Below are positions 23,521 to 35,800 of a stretch of DNA of 64,000 nucleotides, in pieces. The DNA comes from Octopus sinensis (Eukaryota): positions 50,406,001-50,470,000 of the forward strand of contig NC_043005.1 of NCBI RefSeq assembly GCF_006345805.1, in the 5' to 3' direction. Each line of letters opens with the position of its first letter. Position 1 is the first letter of the stretch. The position numbers and the translations under genes are program-made. The notes under the pieces were generated by a model that saw only the letters and a list, made by a program, of their open reading frames with translations, had not been told where the DNA came from and did no database searches.

Positions 23521-24162
23521 ATAATATTAAACTACATCCGGCAGAGGAGAATTCGTTCGGGAGTTCTAGAGTTTTGCAGAGTGTAGAAACGCCTCTTTGC
23601 TACTTTGTTCCCGGTTTATTCTGAACCGGAGTAGTTGCACATGTCAAGACCCCAGCTATAGATTAATTAACATATCAGATGTTGCTTCGCGATACATGTG
23701 AAGACTAGATTCAGCGGGTTTTGTGGAAGTAACCTTCATGATTCAACGGAGGGGACAGCAGCTAGAGCAACGCTATCTACTATGCAGCGAGCAAGTTGAG
23801 GCAAGGAAGACAACTTGGTCACCTGCTGCATCCGTCTCCATCTCCGATCGTCTTGACCTAATCTTTGCCACTGGACTGAAGATGGTCATAGGCATGAGAG
23901 TGAAGTTGACGGCGAGCACCACTTCTTCAAAATGAACAAAGTCACCGCACAAGTCATCAATCATCCAAAAGGAGGACCAGATGGTCCTCGTTGCTCCGAG
24001 GGACAAACGTATATTTCAAGCACTGACCATAATGAAGCAACGTCTTTGCAGGTGCGAAGGAATTAATTATTTCATCCAAGTTATCTTACCCGTTAATTAA
24101 GATGGAGACGCCAAAAGTATATTTTGCTTCAGACGCTGAGCGTTGGTATAGTGTACAACCCT

Positions 24163-24179
24163 TTCTTCTTCTTCTTCTT

Positions 24180-24210
<31 letters not shown>

Positions 24211-24524
24211 TTATTATTATTATTATTATTATTATTCTTCTTCTTCTTCTTCTTCTTCTTCTTCTTCTTCTTCTTCTTCTTCTTCTTCTTCTTCTTCTTC
24301 TCCTCCTTCTTCTTCTTCTTCTTCTTTTTCTTTTTCTTTTTCTTCTTCTTCTTCTTTTTCTTTTTCTTTTTCTTCTTCTTCTTCTTCTTTTCTTCTTCTT
24401 CTTCTTCTTCTTCTTCTTCATCATCATCATCATCATCATCATCTTCTTCATTTTCTTCTTCTTGTTCATTTTCTTCATCTTCATCTTCTTCTTCTTCATC
24501 TTCTTCTTCATCTTCATCTTCATC

Positions 24525-24569
<45 letters not shown>

Positions 24570-24596
24570 TTCTTCATTTTCTTCATCTACATCTTC

Positions 24597-24638
<42 letters not shown>

Positions 24639-24710
24639 TTCTTCTTCATTTTCTTCATCTTCGTCTTCATCTTCTTCTTCTTCTTCTTCCTCCTCCTCCT
24701 CCTCCTCCAC
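24163..24710. repeat. Long compound trinucleotide tract (CTT)n(ATT)n(CTT)n(CAT/CTT)n(CCT)n
   Basis: Direct reading; strongly polypyrimidine on the + strand. Confidence 0.95.
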
Positions 24711-25840
24711 CCCCTCCTTCTTCTCTTCCGCAGCTGTTGCTGCTCCACCCCACTCTATCTTTCTCATTAATTCTTGTTTTTTTCTTCTAATTCATATTAA
24801 GTCTGTCCACCTTAAACTAAAATACTTCAGTCTTGATAAGACTAAATTAGATAGGTACATACACAAATATTCATACTTAACTGCATAATACATTCGTAAT
24901 ATGTACATACATAACACAGTCAAACTATGTAAACACACACATATATATATACACACACACAATCATACATACATTTATACATACATATATATACAATCAA
25001 ACATACAATCGTTAGCACATAATATATACGTAAATACATAAATACACAAGTATGTACATTCATATGTACATACATATAAACATATGTCCACATACATATA
25101 TAATTGCACACAAGCATTTTTCATACACACATACATACATACATACATACATACAGAACGATGAAGTTCAATTGATTTTCCCACATTTTCGAATACTGAT
25201 TTAGTTATAACCAACTTAAAATGGCGAGATATCTTTTACTCAACGCCATTTTATTGCACTGAAGATTATTAAGTCTATCTATCGTCTGCACACATTTTTT
25301 TTTATCCATTTTTTTTTTGTTTCTTTCCTTTCTCGCAGCTCCATTTTTATTTTTAAATCCTCCTCTTTTTAGAAATCTACAGCAAACGACAACATTCACA
25401 TAGAGATAGAAACAAAATCAACCAAAATATAAAAAAAAAAAATTAATAATAAATCTCCAAAATGTAACTAAAACAAAGTAAATAATAATAATAATAATTA
25501 TTATTATAATGATGATGATGATGATGATGACATAGCAAAGAAACTCGATGAGAAATGGCTGTAGAAAATGGCGGAGACGAAGAGTAACATTTCTTAACTA
25601 ATCTTGTTTATATAAATGTGTTTTATCACTAAATGTTTTATTTTTTTACTTTTTCTTGCGTCTCTGTTCCTAAATAGCAATACCAGTGATGATAGTAACA
25701 GTGATGGTGGCGTCGGGGATAGCTTCTGGTTTTACTGTTTGCTGATAGGTTCAGATACTGTAATTGTATTGGTTATAGAATTTTTCGGATTTACTTCCAA
25801 CGATTTAGCTGCTGATATTACAGCAGCAGCAGTAGCAGCT

Positions 25841-25893
<53 letters not shown>

Positions 25894-26093
25894 TGTTGTT
25901 GTTATCGTTGTTGTTGTTCTCGTTAGCTATCATCGTTGTTCTTGTCGATGGCAGTCGGGTAAATCTTGTTCTTGGTCTTGTTTAAATATAATGTGTTTAA
26001 GCTGGTCGACGATCTAAGCACTTTTAACGGTGGCAGCTACAGTGGTGGCGCTTGTTAATACTATAGATATGGGAGATTTTTGGAGAAATGCTG

Positions 26094-26198
26094 TTAACGA
26101 TGATGATAAAAACCGTTACGAAAAGGAGGAGGTGGATCAGGAGGATAAGGAAGATCAACGACAATAGTATTGTCGCTTATGGTGTATTTCACGTATTT
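26094..26198 (-). CDS. Candidate terminal coding exon (unknown product)
   Basis: Good acceptor TTTGTTTCAG| followed by KYVKYTISDNTIVVDLPYPPDPPPPFRNGFYHHR*. No homology recognised. Confidence 0.2.
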   Translation of the reverse strand, partial: KYVKYTISDNTIVVDLPYPPDPPPPFRNGFYHHR

Positions 26199-26585
26199 CT
26201 GAAACAAATTTTCGATACATACACATACAGATGTACACACATATATGTATGTATGTATGTATGTAGTATGTATGTATGTATGTATGTATGTATGTATAAT
26301 CAAGTATTACAACAGAAATATCAGGATCGAGCCAGAGAGCGGAGGAGACTGTGAAAGACCTGGACAATAATTTTTTCCTGTAGTTGTTGTTGCTCTTGGC
26401 ACAACAACCAAAATGCTACCTAAAAGAAGACCGAAAGAGTTTGGAATTGAAACCTGCATTTTCGACCTGCAGGAAAGTACCATCCTATATTCTGCAAGAA
26501 CCCCAAGGAAGATTCTTGAGATTTGGGATTTGTCGTCACCAAACCTCAAGATAAAATACCTGCTAACTAAATTAGCATGCAATAG

Positions 26586-26659
<74 letters not shown>

Positions 26660-26800
26660 CAATTTTTTATTGGCCACACGGGCCGAACACAAAACAAATA
26701 GGGACAACACAATACAAGGGACAAGTGGGGTGTTGAACAATGCCGTGTATACAATTAACAAAACAATTAAACAATAATAGTAATTCCCCGAAAGGGGAAA
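26660..26800 (-). mobile_element. Short 3' UTR fragment of a LINE-like element
   Basis: The - strand is T-rich, ends ...GTGGCCAATAAAAAATTGTTG then (ATT)n, and includes the hairpin TTCCCC-4nt-GGGGAA. Confidence 0.4.
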
Positions 26801-26817
26801 GTGCTTGATCACACTAA

Positions 26818-28326
26818 CACTGATTCTGGATATGTATTCAAAAGCCGCCAATAAAAAGTCAGCCATTTGTTATTCATGGATGACCTCAAACTTTATGGTA
26901 AAGATGAATCCCAAGTCAGTGCCCTCGTTGATACAGTGTATACCTTCAGTGCTGATATCAGAATGGAGATTGGACTGAGAAAGTGTGGTGTGTTAGTCTT
27001 GAAGAGAGGCAAAATCAAATGTATGGACTAACTGAAGATACCGTCGGGGGAAGTTATGAAACAGATAGAAGAGACGGGCCATAAGTACTTGGGGATTTTG
27101 GAAATGGATAAATTGATGGAGAAAGAAATGACAGAAAAATTTAAGGTGGAGTACTTGCGCAGACTGCGACTGATCCTTTAAGTCGAAATTAAACGGACGG
27201 AATAAGATTGATGCTATCAACACCTGGGCGCTTTCACTCCTTAGTTATGGAGCAGGGGTAATCGCATGAACAGTAGACGAACTAAACAGCTTAGACAGAA
27301 AGACAAGAAAGTTGCTAACCAGATATAGGACATTCCACCCAAAAAGTGACGCAGACACACAGTATGTACCAAGAAAAAGAGGGGGAAGAGGATTTTTTGG
27401 ATGCGAACACAGCATTGGAGCAGAAGAAAAAACATAGCATGGTATGTAAAAAATGTCACAGAACCGCTATTATTAGAAGTGAGAAGGTTAGGCTTGTGTA
27501 GGATGAAAGATTGTAAAGATAAAGCACTGTACAAACAATTGAAAACGAATGAAACCGAAAATAGGTGGGTAAAGAAAAGAACGCATGGACAATTTCATAG
27601 GGATGTTGAAGATAAGACAGATAGAGAAAAATGATGTCTGTGGATGACTAAAAGTGATTTAAAACGGGAAACGGAGGCTCTAGTGTGCAGAATATGTAGA
27701 TAAAATGGTGAAACCGTATGACATATTATCAGCCAATGTACGCCACTAGCACAGAAGGAATATAATAGACGTCATGATAATATAGCAAGGCTTCTCCATT
27801 GGACCCTTTGCAACAGGGAAAAAACTGGTATGACCATAAACTCGAAGGCATCATAGAAAATGATAATGCAAAGATCCTGTGGGATTCTATGATTCAGTGC
27901 AACCATGAGATAGAGAATAGGAAACCAGACATAATCTTAATTGAGAAAGAAAGCAAACGATGCTGGATCATAGATATAACATGCCCAGCTGTCAACAAGG
28001 TATGCGATAAGGAAGAAAAGTCGAGTGATATGACAGGTTAGCTTGTGAGATTAAGCAGTTGTGATCGATTAAAAAAGTGGTAGTAGTACTTCTTGAGAAG
28101 TACATGGAACAAATAGGGGCTGCAATAAGGGTGGAGTACTTGCAGAAAACAGCACTGCTTGGAACCGCTCGAATACTCCGGAAGGTGCTCGAAAAGTAAG
28201 GGGTATTACCTTAGTTCACTGGTAGTGAAGAGCTGACACCGTAGTACATCTCCAGCATTAGAAGCTGAGCAAAGGCAATGATGATGATGATGATGATGGA
28301 GATGATGATAATAATAATAATAATGA
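26818..28326 (+). mobile_element. 5'-truncated R4/Dong-clade LINE (RT C-terminus, CCHC, RLE), degenerate
   Basis: KVSHLLFMDDLKLY, KCGVLVLKRGK, HKYLGILE, CRIC...HIISQC, KPDIILIEK...IIDITCP, terminal KTALLGTARILRKVL*; 3' (ATG/ATA)n tail; stops and frameshifts present. Confidence 0.92.
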
Positions 28327-28510
28327 TTTTAAACTTTTGCCACAAGGGCATCTTGGTGGAGAAGATTAAGTCGATTACATCGACTCCAGTGCGTCACTGA
28401 TACTTATTTAATCGACCCCGAAAGGAATTTGAACTCAGAACGTAGCGACGGGCCAAATACCGCTAAGCATTTCGTCCAGCGTACTAACGATTCTGCCAGT
28501 TCGCCGCCTA
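28327..28510 (-). mobile_element. SINE family A
   Basis: Head GGCGGCGAACTGGCAG on the - strand; the core is partly deleted. Confidence 0.85.
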
Positions 28511-28573
28511 AATAACAACAAAAATGATAATTATTATATCATCATCATCATCATTATTATTATTATTATTATT

Positions 28574-29127
28574 GAGTGAGCGAGCAGAGCATGCCATCAA
28601 AGTGACACTGGGGTAAAATATACGAAGCCCAGTATACCCATCATGACTACCCGTCTGATAAGGGTACACCAGGCACATGCATCACAACCATATGTGCGCG
28701 ACATGGTGATCTCATATCAAGATAAACAGCACATGACCTTGCAGGTGGAGCCCAGTTAGAATTTTCTTCAGATCGAGTAACCCATCCCGCTCAAAAGGTC
28801 TCTGAATAAGGGTTGTTTAAGGACGTTGAACGAAACACCCATGTTTCCAGAGGTGAATTATTCACACCCCAAAGAATCCCTCTCAACACATGGCTATGAT
28901 GCTCCCCCACTACTTCTGCTCGTGATCAGAGATGCACATATCGTCAGCCACTAAGGGACATGCTCAACTGGTTAAGGTCAAACAACTGACAAGCAAATCT
29001 GTGGTATTGAGCAGAATATTTGCTGTAGCCCATCTTTTATACCAAGACAAAACAATGTACATGATAACACTTCCAATCAGTTAAGATCAGAAGCCATGAG
29101 AGCCACTGCCTGGTACTGCATCAGGGC

Positions 29128-29131
<4 letters not shown>
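28574..29131 (-). mobile_element. About 560-bp non-coding retroposon-like repeat flanked by (ATT)n
   Basis: Second partial copy at 44981-45262, which also ends on (ATT)n at the same terminus. No ORF and no clear tRNA head. Orientation inferred from the (AAT)n tail. Confidence 0.75.
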
Positions 29132-29168
<37 letters not shown>

Positions 29169-29169
29169 T

Positions 29170-29373
29170 TTCTACAGGAAGCACAAGGCCTCAAATTTGG
29201 GGAAGGGATTAAGTCGATTACATCGACTCCAGTACGTAACTGGTACTTAGTTAATCGACTCCGAAAGGATAAAAGGCAAAGTCGGCCTCGGCGGAATTTG
29301 AACCTCAGAACGTAGCGACGTGCGAAATACTGCTAAGCATTTAGTCCTAGCGATCCTACCAGCTCGCCGCCTT
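29170..29373 (-). mobile_element. SINE family A
   Basis: Full copy with its tail on (ATT)n. Confidence 0.9.
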
Positions 29374-29879
29374 AACAACAACAACAACAACAACAACAAC
29401 AATAACAATAATAATAAGCTTCGGATTAAAAACAAAAACAGAAACATGAAGTCTCTGTTTTTAGCTGTACGGGTTTAATGCCCGGCTTACAAAAACCCGG
29501 CCATAATAAAATAAAGAAATGAGAGGCTAACATCAAGTGTACAATGTGCAATTAGCGCAAAGGCACGATTGGTCACATCGTTCCTGCTTGCGTCACTGGT
29601 GGTGGTGTTGGTCTGGCTGTTTTTGCTTCTAAATAGTACTGCTGATGCCTGTAGTGGTGGTTGGTGATGTTATTGGTGGTAGCGCAACTGATGCTTGTGG
29701 TAATCCTCGTGATAGCAGTGGCAGTGGCTGTAGTGGCAGCGTTGATGATTGATGGTGAGGAATAATAAGGATGGTGGTGGTGAGCGGTTGTGGTTGTGAA
29801 TGGCAGTGGCGGTGATGGTGGTAGAGGCGGTGGCGGTGGTGGTAGTGGGGATGACTAGCGGTGGAAGTAATGGTGGTGA

Positions 29880-30230
29880 GTGGTCGTCATAAAGTTATGT
29901 AATTAAGCCAAAACTGAGCTAATGAATCGAAAGCTGATGGGCTGTTATTTATCGAGGATTACCTAATTAATGACCTGTTAGCTAATTTACTGATAGTTAA
30001 TGGGAATTAAGTTGTGAGGTTAAATAGCTAATGAGTCAATAGTTTATATGGTCTGAAATATTTTAAAACGCGACAATGAGACAATAGTGCCGCAAATGGC
30101 CATCGAAATCGACAGTCATCAAAGCAGCCATTTTCCGCCCAAGTCCACATGGGGACATTCTCTGCCGTATAATTCATGGCATGGCTGCTTGTGCTGCAAA
30201 GATACTAATTTCAATCGCAGGTTAATGATG
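29880..30230. promoter_or_regulatory. Candidate enhancer-like island dense in homeodomain cores
   Basis: GTCATAAA, at least 7 TAAT/ATTA cores and TGAGTCA within about 170 bp of non-repetitive sequence. Motif density is the only evidence. Confidence 0.3.
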
Positions 30231-30387
30231 GAGATAGATACATAGATAAATGCATATAAAGAGGAATATAGAAAAGGAAAAGACAATGGCTGAGAGGCGT
30301 ATAGAAAGAGACACCGATTATATATGCGCATGTATAGTGTGTTTATGTGTGGTGTATGTGGTGCGTGCGGTGCATGTGTATGCGTGT

Positions 30388-31947
30388 TTGTGTGTGTGTG
30401 TGTGTGCGTGCGCGTATGTATGTGTATATACATTTCGAGAAAGGTTATTCAATACATGTAGTAGAGTTTATTTATTCGGAAGATTCTGTTGATTTATTCT
30501 GTCCTTATTCAGAGATTCTTGATACATGCTATCGTTCAGGAGATAGATAAACGAATGAAGGAACTTAATATTTCCTGAAGTAAAAACTTTGTTCAGATTG
30601 GTTTTCATTTTTCGACAGCAATCAGGTGATTGACTGTACTACATCCTAACGAGAGCATTCAGTAGATAGTGCATTCGGAGGGAAATCACAACAGAAGGGA
30701 GGGTGGCTGCTGTTCAATAACAATTTTCAAAGGAAAATGTTTTCTCTGAAGCCATTACAATAGAAGTTATCCTGTTTAGACTTAAGGTTATTTTGTATGG
30801 ATCTTGAATAATCGTAAAATTTTCGCCTTTTTGGTGGCAGAATAACAGAATCTTCGATAATCTGAGTGGTTAGTTAGAATGTGGTATTTTTCTAAGTACG
30901 GATTTGATGCAAACACGTTATTCTAGATTTACAATTACATGATCTATTATCTTCCAGACATAATGACAGAGAAGAGTTGAATTGTCTTTCTACGGGTGTA
31001 GGCGAGGCTTTCCAGTCACATGGTTCCGGATTCAGTCCCACTGCGTGGCACCTTCGGTATGTGTCTTCTACTATAGCCGCGGGTCGACCAAAGCCTTCTG
31101 AGTAGATTTAATAGACAGAAACTGAAAGAGCCCTGTCATGTATATGCGCGCGCGCGCGTGTGTGTATGTATGTGTGTGTGTGTGTGCGTGCGCGTATGTA
31201 TGTGTATATACATTTCGAGAAAGGTTATTCAATACATGTAGTAGAGTTTATTTATTCGGAAGATTCTGTTGATTTATTCTGTCCTTATTCAGAGATTCTT
31301 GATACATGCTATCGTTCAGGAGATAGATAAACGAATGAAGGAACTTAATATTTCCTGAAGTAAAAACTTTGTTCAGATTGGTTTTCATTTTTCGACAGCA
31401 ATCAGGTGATTGACTGTACTACATCCTAACGAGAGCATTCAGTAGATAGTGCATTCGGAGGGAAATCACAACAGAAGGGAGGGTGGCTGCTGTTCAATAA
31501 CAATTTTCAAAGGAAAATGTTTTCTCTGAAGCCATTACAATAGAAGTTATCCTGTTTAGACTTAAGGTTATTTTGTATGGATCTTGAATAATCGTAAAAT
31601 TTTCGCCTTTTTGGTGGCAGAATAACAGAATCTTCGATAATCTGAGTGGTTAGTTAGAATGTGGTATTTTTCTAAGTACGGATTTGATGCAAACACGTTA
31701 TTCTAGATTTACAATTACATGATCTATTATCTTCCAGACATAATGACAGAGAAGAGTTGAATTGTCTTTCTACGGGTGTAGGCGAGGCTTTCCAGTCACA
31801 TGGTTCCGGATTCAGTCCCACTGCGTGGCACCTTCGGTATGTGTCTTCTACTATAGCCGCGGGTCGACCAAAGCCTTCTGAGTAGATTTAATAGACAGAA
31901 ACTGAAAGAGCCCTGTCATGTATATGCGCGCGCGCGTGTGTGTATGT
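30388..31947. repeat. 780-bp tandem duplication
   Basis: Lines 30421-31140 recur at 31201-31920 apparently identically; the breakpoint lies inside (TG)n/(CG)n. Confidence 0.95.
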
Positions 31948-32110
31948 ATGTGTGTGTGTGTGTGTGTGTGCGTGTGCATTTGTGTGTGTGTTTTAGCGTG
32001 TGTACGTGTGTGTGTGTTTGTGTTTGTCCGCTTAACAACCGATGTTGCTTCGTTTTCGTCCCCGTAACTTAACGGTTTGGCAAAAGAGATCGATAGAATA
32101 AGTACCGGGT
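31785..32110 (+). mobile_element. SINE family B (5' half also duplicated at about 31005-31160)
   Basis: GGTTCCGGATTCAGTCCCACTGCGTGGCACC head and family B tail. Confidence 0.85.
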
Positions 32111-32594
32111 TTGGAGATGGCTTCCATGGGAGAAGAGATTAGGAGAATTGATTTAGGAGACGATATACAGAATGGTTAGTGAGACGAAGAGAGACTTTTA
32201 TTTCGACCGGACCTTGGTGAGGGGGTCGGATGCAACCAGCTGCTTGTGAGGATCAGAAAAATGTTGAAATAACAGTAGAAAACTCAGAGGAGGACATAAC
32301 ACATCGCTGAGCTAGAAACTAGAGTGCGTGAGTCATGGGCGAGCCGTCACCTATCAACCAAATAGCGTTCTCTTTTTTTTGTTTTTGATGTTTGCGCAGT
32401 GGTATTCCACTGTAGAACTCACTTGAACTTTGTAGACTAAAGAATCGGCAGAAAGTATTAGGAGTTGATGTGTGTTGGGACGGGTTGAACGTATTTGTTT
32501 AACTCCATAGAAGAAAATTTAATGTTGGGGATGTACTAAACATCAGTAACACAGTTGAAAGACAAACAGTGTAAAGTAAAATATACATACCTAC

Positions 32595-32634
<40 letters not shown>

Positions 32635-32830
32635 ACACACTCACAAACAGATATGTATACATATATATGCATATAAATACACATATATATTTATTTTCAT
32701 ATATGCATATGGATATATATTTATGTATGTACAAGTATATATATATTTATGTTATATATATATATATATATATATATACAAGTATATATATATTATGTGT
32801 ATATATATATATATATATATAATATATATA

Positions 32831-32876
<46 letters not shown>

Positions 32877-35800
32877 GCATTTATATGTATCTATATATAC
32901 GTATGTATGTGTATGTATGTATGCATGTATGTATGTATGTATGTATGTATGTATATATGTATGTATACACACAAATGTTTCCAAATTTTTTTGTTTGTTT
33001 TTAATCAGACGATAATTAAAGGCAGAGTTGGGGCTGGCGACGGAAGAAGTGGTGAGGTTTTACAAGTATGTGACAAACTTAATTTAAAGACACGTATGAA
33101 GTTTGTGGAGATCGTTACGCTTGGGTGAAGAAGTTAACGAGATGTGAATGATTTAGTTGTCAGTGTGTGTTTGTTGTTGTTAAACATATTTTTCTGTTCA
33201 AGCTGAATGAAGCGAGACAAACTGAGACAAACATTTATTCTAAGATTATTGTTGTTGTTGCTGTTATTGTTATTACACTTGCTCCTCTTCTTTTCTTCAC
33301 CACCACCACCACCGCCGCCGTTGCCGCCGCCTTGGTTATGCTAATTTTGTTGTTTTGTCTGTGCTGCTACTGCTGCTGTTCCTTCTGCTACCATTGTTGT
33401 TGTTGTTGCTGCTGCTGCTGTTGCTGTTGCTGTTTAGACTTAGGTCATCTCTGATCCGAGCAGAGGCTATGATGGAAGGCATTCTAACAGTGACCATTCA
33501 CCTTATTTTTCAGAAACTATTTCAGGACTTCGTTATCGAAGAAATGGCGTCCTTTTTTCAAAATGGTAAGGAGTTGATTGAATGGAATTCGGTTGCTGTT
33601 TCTATCAGATCAAACGACCAATTTTAAAGTTCTTATCATTGTTGTTGTATTGATGACAGAGACAGTTATTTTGTGTTATTGTTGTTGTTGTTGCTGCTTG
33701 TTTGTTTGTTTGTTTGTTGAGCGAAGCGGTCTTCGTCCCAGAGCTCGCAAGATCGCGCCTCAGGATTGCCTGTAGTGGGAGAAGTCCCGAAACGTGGTCC
33801 TTTGCTATTCGTAAGACCCGCAGAAGAGAAAGCAGGTCAACCCCCGACACCGAGAGCATCGACGGATGGATGAATGCGCGTCCAGGCTCAGCGGTTGCGT
33901 AGGAAGTCGGGGTGCTGTTGCTTCTGTTGTTGTTGCTGCTTAGTCCACGTCAGCACTGATCGCGCAAAACCCACAATGAACCACATTCCCTCTCGTATTA
34001 GCTTGGCATTGTGTACCTGGGATTATATTATTCAACGTGTCGATCTTTTTCCTGATTTGAAGGAGATGTAGTTGCTGTTTCTAATGAATACGAACTAAGC
34101 TTGTAGATGCTGTTGTTACTGTTGTTTTTGATTGATTAACTCTAGACCAGCACCGATTGGGCAGATCTGTTGTCAAAGTCGTTTCAACTGCGACCATTTT
34201 GTGTTTATTTCCTCCTCGGCATAGTGTATGAATCTTTGACAGAGCTGGATTAAACATTAAGCAAAAAAGCACGTGAAGTGTGTGTGTGTGTGGGTGGACA
34301 CACACCACAGAGAAGGTAAATAGTGTACGGCTCAAGAGAAATCACTTTAAACTTGCTAAAATAATATTCGAAGTGGTTTATATGATCGGAAATACAATTT
34401 CGATGTATTCATGGTGTCATATTGAGAATCTGATCAAAGACTTGGCAATTTAAAAAAGCAGAGGAAACATTTCAAATATAAATAAAGTGGAAATATACAT
34501 TTCCATGTTATTCTTTGTTTTGTTTCATTTTGAAATATAAGAATTTATTTTGCTGTCTATTATTGCTTATATTTTGAATTGCATATATACGGGGGTGGGG
34601 GTGATCTTTTAAGTGTTTAGGGCCTCTATGTGTATTAACACGGCCCCAATACCTGGTTACCTTATCTAATATGTCCTTCTTCCTTTTCGTTTTAAGACGG
34701 CTGTGTAGATTTAATTTGATTTGAGGGAGACGTGGTCGCTCTTTCTTGCGTTTTGAGTGATCACATAGGGGCTTCCCCGTTCCTTAGAAAACATTACGTT
34801 ACCCCTCATTCTCGTCCATCATATCATTTAGGAAGGTAAACTGAAATGGTAGAATTGTTCATTCATTTGCGTCACCCACGTTGTCCTGTGACTGCAAAAT
34901 GCTTAATATACTAAACCAACTAATTATGAATCGATATAATTTTAAATAGAAAAAAAAAAACAACTGCAACAACAGCAACAATATTACAAATAGACCCACT
35001 TAATCGTTGGCACTTAGCATTGCTTAACACCAAATAAGCTCTGATCGATCAGACTTATTCTTTCCATAATATCTCGTCCCTTTACGAGTCGTTGAGGGCT
35101 AAATTATATCATGTGTCTCCGCTTATTTTTTAAGACAGGAGAGCATAATTTGAGGGTCATTTCTTGCTGGTATTTCTACTTGGTCAAACGCCCGCATGGT
35201 GGCACGACATAGCCGATGAGTGTTTCAACTCATCCTTTAAGTATAGCTTGAACAGGGACGGATTCGATCAAGCTATACACAGTTTCCTATCTAGAACTAA
35301 TGGAGAACGTCTAGGCGGTTATGTGACTTGCTAGAACTAACAGCTAAATATCCATCAAAATAAACTTTATTATTTTAAAATGAGAAAGATACTTTGCTAT
35401 TCGCTTTACTTTGGGCTTCCATTTACGTTGAACCAACAAACCCTTTGCTAAGTTTTCTTCTACATTATTCCACTGCCTCATTACAAACTTAAGCAATAAA
35501 GATAGAATCGTTTTGAACGCCATTGATTTTAGCCTGTTCAATTAGGGCTGACTTAGTTCTAAACAGCAACAATATCCTCCAATGACCAACAGACCGACTT
35601 TCCTATCTAGAAGTTGGATCTGTCTTCAAACTGTTTATCTCCTATGAAGCCTTTATAACAATTATGAAATCTGGATGTGTTCCAGGATGCCTAGTATGCA
35701 ATACAAGATGTCGTTTATGAAGAGGTTATCTAAGCAAGACTGTAAGAGATCTCCCTAATAGTAATAGTACTAGTAGTTGTGTTTGATTTTTTTTAATTCT

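Noticed and set aside
24086-24888. Four overlapping 166-254 aa ORFs (poly-E/D/K, poly-F/S and similar)
   Set aside because: All frames are open only because the tract is stop-free trinucleotide repeat; there is no complex domain.
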